Assembly: GCF_006345805.1 (NCBI RefSeq)
Contig: NC_042997.1
Location: 178,312,001 to 178,376,000, forward strand
DNA length: 64,000 nucleotides
Direction: 5' to 3'
DNA from: Octopus sinensis
Taxonomy: Eukaryota
Positions within the stretch are counted from its first letter, which is position 1; every line of letters begins with the position of its first letter. The notes beneath the pieces are model-generated. The model ran no database searches. It was not told the origin of the DNA and saw nothing but the letters and a program-made list of their open reading frames with translations. The translations under genes and the position numbers were made by a program. Below are positions 24,755-37,000 of this stretch, one piece after another.

Positions 24755-25514
24755 CAATTATAAACAAGGGCAAGAAAAAAGATTTCTATGCCAATATGCT
24801 AAGAATAGACTTTAAATCATCAATCACCACATACAATATACATTCACTATGAATACACATGCTGAAATCGTGGAAGGCAAGCCAACAGAATTATTAAAAA
24901 AATTCATTATCTCTATATTGAATCAATTTTGGGATTAATCCAACGGATTTCTCCCTCTTCAGTAGAGAATATGATAAGAAATAAATGAAATACTTACAAG
25001 CATCCATGGAAAAAAGCAGAAGCAAGAGACATGAGTACACATAAGTACCCCTTTGATGGAATTTTTTGGGAAAAAACTTTATCCTATATTAGAAGTAAAT
25101 TTATTACCATTCACTTCGGGACTGGTAACCACTCTAAGTTGTGGTTCATGACCAATAACATGTTGTGTGCTGAGGCTTGCTAAAGGATTTTATACTTAGG
25201 TATAACTGTAGTACTTATGTGTACTCATGACTATTGCTTCTGCTTTTTTCCATGGATGCTTGTAAGTATTTAATTTATTTCTTATCGTATTCTCTACTGA
25301 AGAGGGAAAAATCCATTGGGTTAATCCCAGAATTGATTCAATATAGAGGTAACGTATTTAAAAAAAAAATTCTGTTTGCTTGTCTTCCTCGATTTCAGCA
25401 CAATGTATATTTATAGTGAATGTATATTGTAATGTGGTGATTGACGATTTAAAGTCTATTCTCAGCATATTGGTATAGAAATCTTTTTTCTTTTGTTCTT
25501 GTTTATAATTGTTT
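24752..25514. repeat. Fold-back element with about 300-bp arms, each carrying a type-I hammerhead-like motif
   Basis: 24752-25048 is the reverse complement of 25211-25514, with a 162-nt spacer. The motif lies at 25292-25348(+) and 24911-24967(-). The element abuts (TA)n at about 24697-24750. Confidence 0.88.
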
Positions 25515-25796
25515 ATAATTTTCACCTTTAAAGCTATTTTAATATGCTGGCCACTTTGATGGAATCTTTTGGAAAAAAATTTTTCCTATATTAGTATATA
25601 TATATCTGTATATATATAGATATATATATATGTAAATGTATATATATATATATATATATTTTTATATGTATATCTATATATGTTTATATGTATATATATA
25701 TGTTTATATGTATATCTATATATGTATGTATTGATAAAACGGTAAGATAACAAAAGAAAGAAAGAGACCTCAATATTATGTAAATAGAGGAAATTT

Positions 25797-26012
25797 ATCT
25801 ATACAATATGTTACATTACTCGGTAGTCAAGATAAAACTCTGATTCAGATGCCGAAGTGGAAATCCACAACACCATCTCTTCGGTTATCTGGCTATTTGA
25901 TAACGTTTTCAAATAGCCAGATAACTGAAGAGATGGTGTTGTGGATTTCCACTTCGGCATCTGAAACTCAGAGTTTTATTGACTACCGAGTAATGTAACA
26001 TATTGTATAGAT
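25797..26012. repeat. Near-perfect 216-bp palindrome (108-bp arms, centred on AACGTT) with a hammerhead-like motif
   Basis: The arms differ by two 2-nt indels and very few substitutions. The motif lies at 25920-25980(+). The right arm runs into (TA)n. Confidence 0.92.
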
Positions 26013-26142
26013 ATATATGTATGTATATATATATGCCTGTATATATGTATGTATATGTATATATGTATAGTATGTATATATATATATATATGTATGTGTA
26101 TATATATGTATATAATGTATGTATATTATATATATATGTATA

Positions 26143-26189
<47 letters not shown>

Positions 26190-26380
26190 GTATGTATAAT
26201 ATATATGTATGTATATAATATATAGTATATATATATATGTATATATATGTATGTATATATATATATGTATGTATATATATATATGTATGTATATATATAT
26301 GTATGTATATATATGTATATATATATATATATGTATGATATATATATATATATGTAATATATGTATGTTATATATGTATG

Positions 26381-26411
<31 letters not shown>

Positions 26412-26481
26412 TATGTATATATATATGTATATATATATATATATGTATGTATATATATATGTATATATGTATATATATATG

Positions 26482-26532
<51 letters not shown>

Positions 26533-26726
26533 GTATGTATATATATATATGTATGTATATATATATATGTATGTATATATATATATGTATATATATATAT
26601 GTATGTATATATATATGTATGTATATATATATATGTATGTATATATATATATATATGTATATATATATAGTATGTATATATATATGTATGTATATATATA
26701 TATGTATGTATATATATATATGTATG

Positions 26727-26761
<35 letters not shown>

Positions 26762-26778
26762 GTATAGTATATATATAG

Positions 26779-26826
<48 letters not shown>
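26003..26826. repeat. About 820-bp (TA)n/(TATG)n compound microsatellite
   Basis: Read directly from the sequence. It is the source of the spurious IY/CM-rich ORFs. Confidence 0.97.
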
Positions 26827-26827
<1 letters not shown>

Positions 26828-26829
26828 CC

Positions 26830-28665
26830 GATCCCCGATCCCTTATCTGGTGGGCAATGAGGAAACTAGGGAAAGATGAATGGTTAGTGAGAGCTGTGCG
26901 GGCCATGTATAGGGACGCTGCTAGTAGGGTGAGGGTTGGAAACGAGTACAGTGAAGAATCCGGGTAGAGGTAGGGGTCCACCAAGGCTCAGTACTCAGCC
27001 CCCTCCTATTTATCATAGTCCTCCAGGCAATAACGGAGGAATTCAAGTCAGGATGCCCTTGGGAGCTCCTCTATGCTGATGACCTTGCTCTAATTGCTGA
27101 GTCGCTATCAGAACTGGAGAGAAGTTTCAGGTGTGGAAACAAGGATTAGAATCGAAGGGCCTCAGAGTCAATCTAGCTAAAACCAAAGTCGTAATCAGTA
27201 GGAAGGTAGACAAATCACAAACGCCTTCAGGTAGACGGCCCTGCTCGATCTGTAGAAAAGGTGTAGGTAGAAACTCTATAAGATGCACCAAGTGTAAGCT
27301 ATGGATACATAAGAGGTGCAGCAATGTCAAAGGAAGGCTAACTAGGAAGATGGTTTTTGTATGTGGCAGATGCTCAGGAACAATAAACACTGAAAATGCT
27401 CTGAGACCAACTTCCGTCACTTTCCAGGGAGAAAAACTAGAAATAGTTGATAGTTTCCGTTACCTAGGTGACCAAGTCAGCAGCGGGGGCGGGTGTGCTG
27501 AAAGTGTGTAACTGCTAGAGTAAGAATAGCTTGGGCAAAGTTCAGAGAGCTCTTACCCCTGCTGGTGACAAAAGGCCTCTCGCACAGAGTGAAAGGCAGA
27601 CTGTATGATGCGTGTGTACGAACAGCCATGCTACATGGCAGTGAAACATGGGCCGTGACTGCTGAGGATATGCGTAAGCTCGCAAGAAATGAAGCCAGTA
27701 TGCTCCGATGGATGTGTAATGTCAGTGTTCATAATCGACAGAGTGTAAGTACCTTGAGAGAAAAGCTGGACCTAAGAAGCATCAGTTGTGGTGTGCAAGA
27801 GAGACGATTGCGCTGGTATGGTCATGTGGCGAGAATGGATGAAGATAGTTGTGTGAAAAAGTGCCACACCCTAGCGGTTGAGGGAACCTGTGGAAGAGGC
27901 AGACCCAGGAAAACCTGGGACGAGGTGGTGAAGCACGACCTTCGAACTTTAGGTCTCACTGAGGAAATGACTAGAGACCGAGTCTCTGGAAGTGTGCTGT
28001 GCGCGAGAAGACCCGGCAGGACAAGTGAGTCCATAACCCGTGGCCTTCTACTTGGGATGGAGCCAGCCTACGTATGCATACCTTCCCTTCTTGGGACACA
28101 AAACTCTACTTGTGAAGACCTGTTGAGGCAAGTGAGGATCAACTCTACTTGTGAAGACCTGTTGAGGCAAGTGAGGATCAGAATCGAAATCGATCAATGG
28201 AAATTGCAGATGTGTTACCAGTGCCGGTGGCATGTCGAAACTCTACTTGTGAAGACCCGTTGAGGCAAGTGAGGATCAGAATGGAAATTGATCAATGGAA
28301 ATTGCAGATGTGTTACCAGTGCCGGTGGCATGTAAGAGAACCTTCCGTTTCGTGACCGTTGCCAGCACCGCCCCGTTTCGTGTCCGTTGCCAGCCTCGCC
28401 TGGCCCTTGTGCCGGTGGCACATAAAAAGCACCATCCGTTCGTGGCCGTTTGCCAGCTCTGTCTGGCACCTGTGCGGGTGGCACGTAAAAAGCACCCACT
28501 ACACTCACGGAGTGGTTGGCGTTAGGAAGGGCATCCAGCCGTAGAAACACTGCCAGATTTGACTGGGCCTGATGAAGCCTTCTGGCTTCACAGACCCCAG
28601 TAGAACCGTCCAACCCATGCTAGCATGGAAAACGGACGCTAAACGATGATGATGATGATGATGAT
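26830..28665 (+). mobile_element. 5'-truncated RTE LINE (RT C-terminal half + 3' UTR + (GAT)n), younger copy
   Basis: Contains [17 protein letters not shown] (27072-27083), FRYLG and RWYGHVAR, with few frameshifts. The 3' UTR has a tandem 39-bp duplication at 28082-28159 and a third copy near 28240. Confidence 0.92.
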
Positions 28666-30390
28666 ATATATGTATATATATATTTGTATATATATATGTA
28701 TATATATATGTATATATATATATATATGTATATATATATGTGTATATATATATGTGTATATATATGTATATATAAATGTATATATGTGTATATACATGTA
28801 TATATGTGTAATTACATGTATATATGTATATATATATATCTAGGTATGGTTATTGGTTTGTATGTTTGAAGGGAGAATTTAAAACAATATTAAAGGAATA
28901 GGTTTTGTTAAAATCAGAAATTAGTTTTTAGAAACTCTTAATCGTACACTGAACTGTTTATTTTTACTCACTGTTAACTCAAAATACACTTATTTGTATT
29001 GATTTTTTTTATCCTCCTGGGTATAGCATAGCAGCACCATCAAATATGCAAATGAATTAAGTTATTTATCTTTTATAACTTATAAAAAAAAAAAGATGTC
29101 TAGGTTATATTTCTGTGAAACCCACCGTAGTTTGGTATATACCATTTTGCTGCTATTAACACTGCTGTCATAGATGGTGATGGTTCTATTATATTTGATC
29201 TATACTTTAATGGTTCTATTATATTTGATCTATACTTTTATACACAGTAATTTAAGTAAACAACTTTCTAAAGTTTAAAAAATTTTTTCTAGAATAGTCA
29301 CTTAACCAGATGTCAATTTAAAGGTCGTCATTATCATTTTATGTCCATTTTTCTTCGCTTATATTGGTTGGACATGTCATCTCCAACACAGTATCTTGTC
29401 ACACGTTGCAGTGTTTCTCATCTCTTTTATGAGGTTTTGCTTCTTGAGATCAGTATTCATCACTACTTCCTGTATCTTCTTAGGTCTACCTCTTCTTCAA
29501 GTTCCTTCTTTTTGGGAATTTCTGGCACTTCTCTATATTCAAATTTCATTGTGTATATATACCTGCCTGTATCTGAACAATCTTCTCTTTTGCACTAATT
29601 TTACTTTCGTTACTGTAATTATTTTGAGATGTTCTGTGTTTCTTTCAATTACTTAAAATATAACAAAGAATTTAGTAAAATATCTTAGTTATCATTAAGC
29701 TAGTGTTAGGAACATAAATTGTGACTACGGTTTGGAGGAAGATTTTAATTCAAAACTTATGAAAACAAGACATTTGTACTCAGAGCTAGAGCCGGTTTCA
29801 GCCGGGTTGGTAACAAAAGGGTTAATATCTCTCAAGTCTAGGCTTTTGTCTCAGCATTTAAAATTTCCATAATTCTTTGATAGATTCAGTTATGAATAGA
29901 ACTTCCTACTGACAGCCTGTCTTAATCTCCTCTGTTATGGCCTGAAGAACTACAATATATAGAAAACTGAGCCCTGAACTCTGATGGGCATTTACCTGCA
30001 TGCTAAATTCCTAGTTTAATTCATTCCTGGCATGATCTTGATACATTGTTTGCTAAGTTCTCACCAGTTAGTCCTCTACACCGAGTTTTCTAAGTAGCCC
30101 TTAGACCACAGAGCATAATAACCTCTCAAAAGCCTTTTCCAGGTTGACAAATGCTAAGTGTAGTGACTTTTTCCCGGCAAAGCACTTTTCTCTTGGAAGA
30201 GGACTCAAGTGGTACCCTACTGTCCAGCTGAAAACTCAAACTGCATTTCATTGAGCTAATCCTTTTCCTAATCATTTGTGATTATAACTGTTTTTGATAA
30301 TTTCATAACCTGGTTCATCAATTTACTGTCTTTGTTTTTGATTCTTTCTAAAGCATCATCTTTGCCCTTGTAGCAGTTTAATATGATACC

Positions 30391-30622
30391 TATTTCTTTA
30401 CTACCCACAAGGGGCTAAACACAGAGGGGACAAACAAGGACAGACAAACGTATTAAGTCGATTACATTGACCCCAGTGCATAACTGGTACTTAATTTATC
30501 GACCCTGAAAGGATGAAAGGCAAAGTTGACCTCGGCAGAATTTGAACTCAGAACGTAACGGCAGACGAAATATGGCTAAGCATTTCACCCGGCATGCTAA
30601 CGTTTCTGCCAGCTCACCACCT
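30391..30622 (-). mobile_element. SINE family B, full length with 16-bp TSD
   Basis: TSD AGTTTAATATGATACC at 30375-30390 and 30623-30638. Confidence 0.88.
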
Positions 30623-30744
30623 AGTTTAATATGATACCACTCTGCCATTTATTGTATGACACCCCTTTGTGGTTCCTAATTGACTGTATCAGTGACTGAT
30701 GCATGCCTTAGCTTGCCATTTATTTTCAACATCTCAGTTACTAT

Positions 30745-30945
30745 TTCACTGGTATGTTTTTAACCATAAAGCTGTCAACTTTAATAACTAGCCTCTTGGT
30801 TGTGTCAGCTTGGAGTAGATTCTCTCTCTTCCATACATTTTCTTGGTTCAGCAACCTCTTGTAGCAACATTTCATGCTTCTTTCTTCTTGGCATTGGTAA
30901 ACTCTGTGCATTGTTATCATTCTATACACACTTTTCTCCACATAA
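30745..30945 (-). mobile_element. Old RTE LINE fragment (EN-RT linker)
   Basis: KCCYKRLLNQENVWKRENLLQADTTKRLVIKVDS aligns with RCYYERLLNKENEWEKESLLNVDPTEGPAIQIHS at about 13425-13530. Confidence 0.7.
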
Positions 30946-31157
30946 AATCTTAATTTGCACTAACACACTGTAATCTAAAGGCACAGGAGTGACTGTGTGG
31001 TAAGTAGCTTGCTTACCAACCACATGGTTACGGGTTCAGTCCCACTGCTTGGCACCTTGGGCAAGTGTCTTCTACTGTTGCCTCGGGCCGACCAAAGCCT
31101 TGTGAGTGGATTTGGTAGACGGAAACTGAAAGAAGCCCGTCGAATATATGTATATAA

Positions 31158-31197
<40 letters not shown>

Positions 31198-33401
31198 GTG
31201 CGTGTATATGTTTGTGTGTCTGTGTTCGTCCCCCCAACATCACCTGACAACCGATGCTGGTGTGTTTATGCCCCCATAACTTAGCGGTTGGACAAAAGAG
31301 ACCGATAGAATAAGTACTAGGCTTACAAAGAACAAATCCTGGGGTTGATTTGCTCGACTAAAGGCGGTGCTCCAGCATGGCCGCAGTCAAATGACTGAAA
31401 CAAGACAAAGAGTATATCTGTTTCTATCCTCATGCAGTATTAGCAAATCTCTTTACTTTCAACTTTCCTCCTTGTTACGTACACCTGATGTTTAGCTTCT
31501 CACCTTAATGTTGTTCTTTGCTTTCTGCTTTCTTGCAGTCTTTCCAACTTTGCAGTCTTTCAGTTTTCAGAAATACTTCTTAGAATTCTGTTTGATGTGT
31601 ATTTGGTTTGTCTATTATTATGGGGACATTTGTTGCTGCATCAAAGCTGAGGGTTTCTGGCAATCATTGCTCAACATCCATATCTGTATTATTGAGCATA
31701 TGTTATTATTTTCTGTCAAGACTTCTAAACACCTCTCTATTACAAACTCCACTCTTTTAGGCTCAAGTCTTAAATTTTCTCGTGCCACATATCAGGTAGT
31801 AATGTTTATTAGCTCCATTCCAAAAGAAAGAAAAAAAGAAAGAAAAACAAAACAAAACAAAAGCATTCTTCAGTTATAGTTTTAGCTTCTGTAAATCTGT
31901 TTTCCTTATTCATTTAGAAATATTGGGGACTTATGTGTGAGAGGTGCTAACCAGAACATTCTCAGCCAAATACTGATTTCAGATTTTGGCACAAGGCCAG
32001 CAATTTTTTGGGGAAGGAATAGGTCAATTATATCAACCCCAGTGTTCAGTTGGTACTTATTTTATCAATCCTGAAAGGATGAATAGCAAAGTTGACCCTT
32101 GCTGCATTTGAATGCAGAATGTCACATATATGGTAGACCAGTTACTCCCAAATTTCTATATGTACTTGCAAAATGTATATTCTTTCTTATGTTATGTCTG
32201 CATTAAATGAGGGTCACTCAAGGTGGTTGCTTGACTTGCTAAAAACAACAGTGAAGTCTCCTTCAGATAAGCAATGTGTGACAAGGAGGGAAGAAAACAG
32301 AATTTATGTAGATGCTTATTGTTCTGTGTCCTAATCTAACAACTTCTGAGTCTTTTGCTGTCTTCAGTGAACTGAGAACCACAAAATTAAGTGTATTGAG
32401 AACACAGCATCTGTAGTGATGTTGATTATGGTAATAAATCATTATAATAATAATTTCTGGCATTGGGACATTGAGCTGATGCTATTTGCTCAAGTTGCTG
32501 CACTGTAGTTTTGAACCAGGAACTGTGTGATTGCAAAGCAAATTTTTTAACCATATGGAAAAGTGACTGATGCCAGAGGCATGTAAAAAGCACCTTTTGA
32601 GCATTGGACCTCATGGAGGCAATGACAAATGACCTTTGGCATTTGGGTGTGCTTGAGAAGACCCATCAAGTCTAGTGAAATCATAGTTGTAGCAAATACC
32701 GGCGTCATGCAACTGGCACCCATGCTGGTGGCCCATAAAAGCACCCATTACACTCTTGGAATGGTTGGCATTAGGAAGGGCATTCTGCTGTAGAAACCAT
32801 GCCAAATCAGGCCCATCTGACCCATCTATGCAAGTATGGAAAAGGGGACATTTTCCATACTGGCATGGGTTAAATGGTTTGAGGCAGTATTTTATGGCTG
32901 GATGTCCTACCCATTGCCAATCCATTTAGACCCATATTACATACTGTACATTGGGATGCACATGGTTTGTCTCGGTTCTAGAATCCCTATGTAACCAAAA
33001 ACCAAAGTCTGGTGTAGCTCCTCAGCTTGCCAGCCCTGGTCAAACTGTCCAACCCATGCCAGCATGAACAACGGATGTTAAATGATGATGAGGATAAGGG
33101 CCATGCCTGCTCCCATAATTTTACAAGGTTCAACCTACCTAGATGTCTGGACTAGTTTACCAGATCTTCTGGAAGCACCTGTCTGAGAACATCAGTAGAC
33201 TGATGCTTCATCCATAAAGATTTTTGTCTTCCATCTCTCACCTGCTGAACTCCCACAAAACCAGAGCTAGTACTATCAAACCCTGAGAAGTTAGTTCTTT
33301 ATGGAATCTGGTACATCATTAAAGCTGATGCTATGAATACTACTAGAAGCATACCATCTTAAGGAGACCATGATATAACTAAACTGAAAAAAGAAAGAAC
33401 T

Positions 33402-33449
<48 letters not shown>

Positions 33450-34004
33450 CTGAGTTTCATACTTTGACCTCATTATCTTCATCGACCTTTAACTTTCATT
33501 GTTGCCAGCTTAAAATTTCCTGTTATTCCAGTCAAGAGTTTATTGATGGCTGCACTGGCTGTCCTAATTTTTCTGTATATATCTCTCTCTTCTGGGTTTT
33601 TTTTTTCCACATTCATTAATTATTTCAGTCTAGGTGGTTGTTTTTTAGCGATTATTTTAATTCTTTGTTTTTCTCATGTTTTTATATTTGATTTATGTCT
33701 GTTTTGTTTTGGCACTGTGACATGAAATGGGTCTGTTCCTCTTTTCCTGCTAAGTAGACACAGACAAGAAAATGTTATTTAAATAGATAAACAGACAGCT
33801 GAACAGCCAGATAGAAATGTAGATAGATTGCTAAATTGACACATACATACGTAGGCAGATTATTACATAGATAAATTGATACTTATAGACACACACATAC
33901 ACACACACACACACTCTCTCTCTCATACATACATTCATCCACTCATGTACACACACACACACACACACACACCATCACTACCAATACCACCTCCATCATC
34001 CAGC

Positions 34005-34090
34005 CATGCATCATCATCATCATCATCATCATCCTCATCGTCATCATTATCATCGTCATCATCATCATCATCGTCATCATCCTCATCATC
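34005..34090. repeat. (TCA)n microsatellite
   Basis: Read directly from the sequence; it gives a spurious poly-Ser ORF. Confidence 0.9.
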
Positions 34091-37000
34091 TATACTGACA
34101 ATATGGCTAGACTATTAAAGTATTTGACTATGTCTCTCACTCATAGATCCGGGAATTACTGTGCTTTGCCAAAGTTCCGTCTGCTATAGTCATTGTCATT
34201 AAAAGACAGATTGCAAAATATCCACACAGCTGTCAATAATGAACTGAGGCAACAACTGTTTGTCACAAACCGAATTAGGTTATCAACCAGATTAATATTC
34301 CTCTGGTGGCAACTTGTTTGTAATTCTCTTTGTCCCTAGCAGTGAGCACTTTATCAGTCCTGGTGAGGAAATGCCAAGGCTGCATATTAGCATTTGCAGA
34401 GGAGAGAAAAAAAAATCAATACCATCAACATATTGTCATCGACACTGTAAGCTTGGGTACACTTAGCATGACTGCAGGAATAACATCTGTAGGACCTATG
34501 ATAGATACAACACGTCCCATCATCATCATCGTTGTTTGACATCTACTTTTCCATGCCCGCATGGGTCAGATGGGATTTCCTGTCATCAACCTTCACTTGT
34601 TTCTAAGGTAAGGTAGTATTTTTCTCATAACCAGACATGTCTTGGAAGATTGGAAAGTAAGGACACTACTTGCATAGTGATGACACTTGTTTAACAACAA
34701 TCATGATGTCACACAAACATACACATGCACACACACGTACACACACACTCCTATATACATATTAACTTACACACACACATACCTATGTAGCATCTTGGGC
34801 AAGTGTCTTCTGCTATAGTCCCGGGCCGACCAATGCCTTGTGAGTGGATTTGGTAGACGGAAACTGAAAGAAGCCTGTCGTATATATGTATATATATATA
34901 TATTATATATATATATATTTATATATATATATGTATGTGTGTGTGTTTGTCTGTTTGTCCCCCTAGCATTGCTTGACAACCAATGCTGGTGTGTGTACAT
35001 CCCCGTCACTTAGCGGTTCAGCAAAAGAGACTGATATAATAAGTACTGGGCTTACAAAGAATAAGTCCTGGGGTCGATTTGCTCGACTAAAGGCGGTGCT
35101 CCAGCATGGCCGCAGTCAAATGACTGAAACAAGTAAAAGGTAAAAGAGTAAAGCGAGTCTGCTTAGCTGGTAAAAATGAGTTATCCTGCTGCATACTGGC
35201 ATTGTGTCCAGGGTAGAATATATACACCAGGGAAACTGGCCCTATGCTCTTTATGGAGTAATGTGGACTGACTGACCCGCATTTAACATTTGCTCTTGCC
35301 ACATAGTTTTAGGTTCAGTTTTGGTATGTGGCACCTTGGGCACGTGCTTTTTGCTATAGCTCATGAGTGAATTTGGTTGATGGAAACTGAATGAAACCTG
35401 TTGTGTGAGTTTGTGCCTCTTTGTCTTGACATAATGTGATAGTTATAAATGAATGACACCAACATATAAGTGGTGCTGTTAGTTTCCAATCGTCCATGTA
35501 AGAATGTTTGGAAACAAATGCAGATTGGGGACAATCAGAAAATCTGCTTCAACAAATTCCATCTGAACCATCTATGCAAGTCTGGAAAAGGGGACATTTT
35601 CCATGCTGGCATGGGTGGAATGGTTTGTTTGAGGCAGTATTTTATGGCTGGATGTCCTACCCATTGCCAACCCATTTAGCCCCATATTACATACTGTACA
35701 TTGGGATGCGGTATACCTATTCTAAAACTGGGATGCACATGGTTTGTCTTGGTTCTAGAATCCCTATGTAACCAAAAACCAAAGATATTACCTACATTAT
35801 TGCCAAGTGTGAGAGACTGTCCTACTGTCCTCTAAACACTACCCTTTGAAGCAATCTGTAATTGAGGAAGAAAGAAAAAAAAATAATAAAAATATAATGT
35901 ACAATTAATAAAAAAAATATTGGTGGAATCTAAAAAAAAACAACAAAAAACAGTAACCAAATTAAAATACCAGATGGCAACAAGCTGCTCTCCCTGTTAG
36001 ATTAAAAGCCTTGAAAGTCTTCAATCTCCTGATATCATGCCCTCAACAAGGGTCTCCATAAACCTACAAAACCTACTGTGATCATCATCATCATTTAACA
36101 TCTGTGTTCCATGCTAGTATGGATACAAAATTGTTTATGTAGCCTGGACAAGACCCAGCCACAATCCTACAGATATAATCTATCAGTTCAGCATAAATTG
36201 GATACCATTGAGTGGTGTGAAGTCTTGGAAGTGCTGTGAAGCTTTGTTAATTTACTTGGACAACATCAACAGGCATGTTTCTACTCCACCTTACCATGGT
36301 TACCAACCACACCCTGAAATTTGATGGGTACTCAGCTGGATATTGACTTTCTCTGAAGTATTGTTTCTCTCAGGTTTGGTCTTTGGATCTGTGAATGACA
36401 CTATGCCATTGCTGGTATGTTGTTGGAAAATACTTGTCGTGTTACCTAGCACTGGCTGTTTTCTTCAAATGCTCCCCTCAGTGATATCATAAAATGTGAT
36501 TTGGGTTGAGCTAGTTTTCTGTCACAACTAGAGTTGGTGGAGTTAGGCCTCAGGAATAGTGAAAAGAACAATGTGATAATCTTCCCATTCTGAAGTAGCA
36601 AGTCACTCAGCTGAGATACAAACTGCTGCAATACTTTCTCTAGCAGAAAACTGGTGAAAGTGGTTCAGACCCATCATGCTCAGATTGGTGCTCTTAGCAC
36701 ACATGAAACAGAAGACATCTATGGACCATTGATGAGGGGTCTGCAAATCCAGCACCAAAAATATACTTTCACTTTTATACTCATTATTGAAGCAGTGAAG
36801 CAAGAGGATTATGTATCAATACACTTTTCTTTCTTTGGAGAGAGGATGTAGTTCATAATTTATATGCTACAGATGATCATAATATCTGGGACAATAAAAA
36901 CCTGTAAGACCTTAAGATTTAGGGAATATACTATTGTACAAAGGGCGATGAAGAGAACAAAACCTTCACCTTTATTAAAAGAAAAAAACGAATTCCTTAT

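Noticed and set aside
25983-26984. 333-aa minus-strand ORF and the overlapping IY/CM-rich ORFs
   Set aside because: These are translations of the (TA)n/(TATG)n microsatellite plus the antisense strand of an RTE fragment; they are low complexity with no splice or domain support.
28566-28595. CTGATGA-AGCC-TTCT-GGCT in the RTE tail, resembling the start of a hammerhead
   Set aside because: There is no GAAA strand or helix III/I partner after the hairpin, and the CTGATGA arises from a copy-specific variant.
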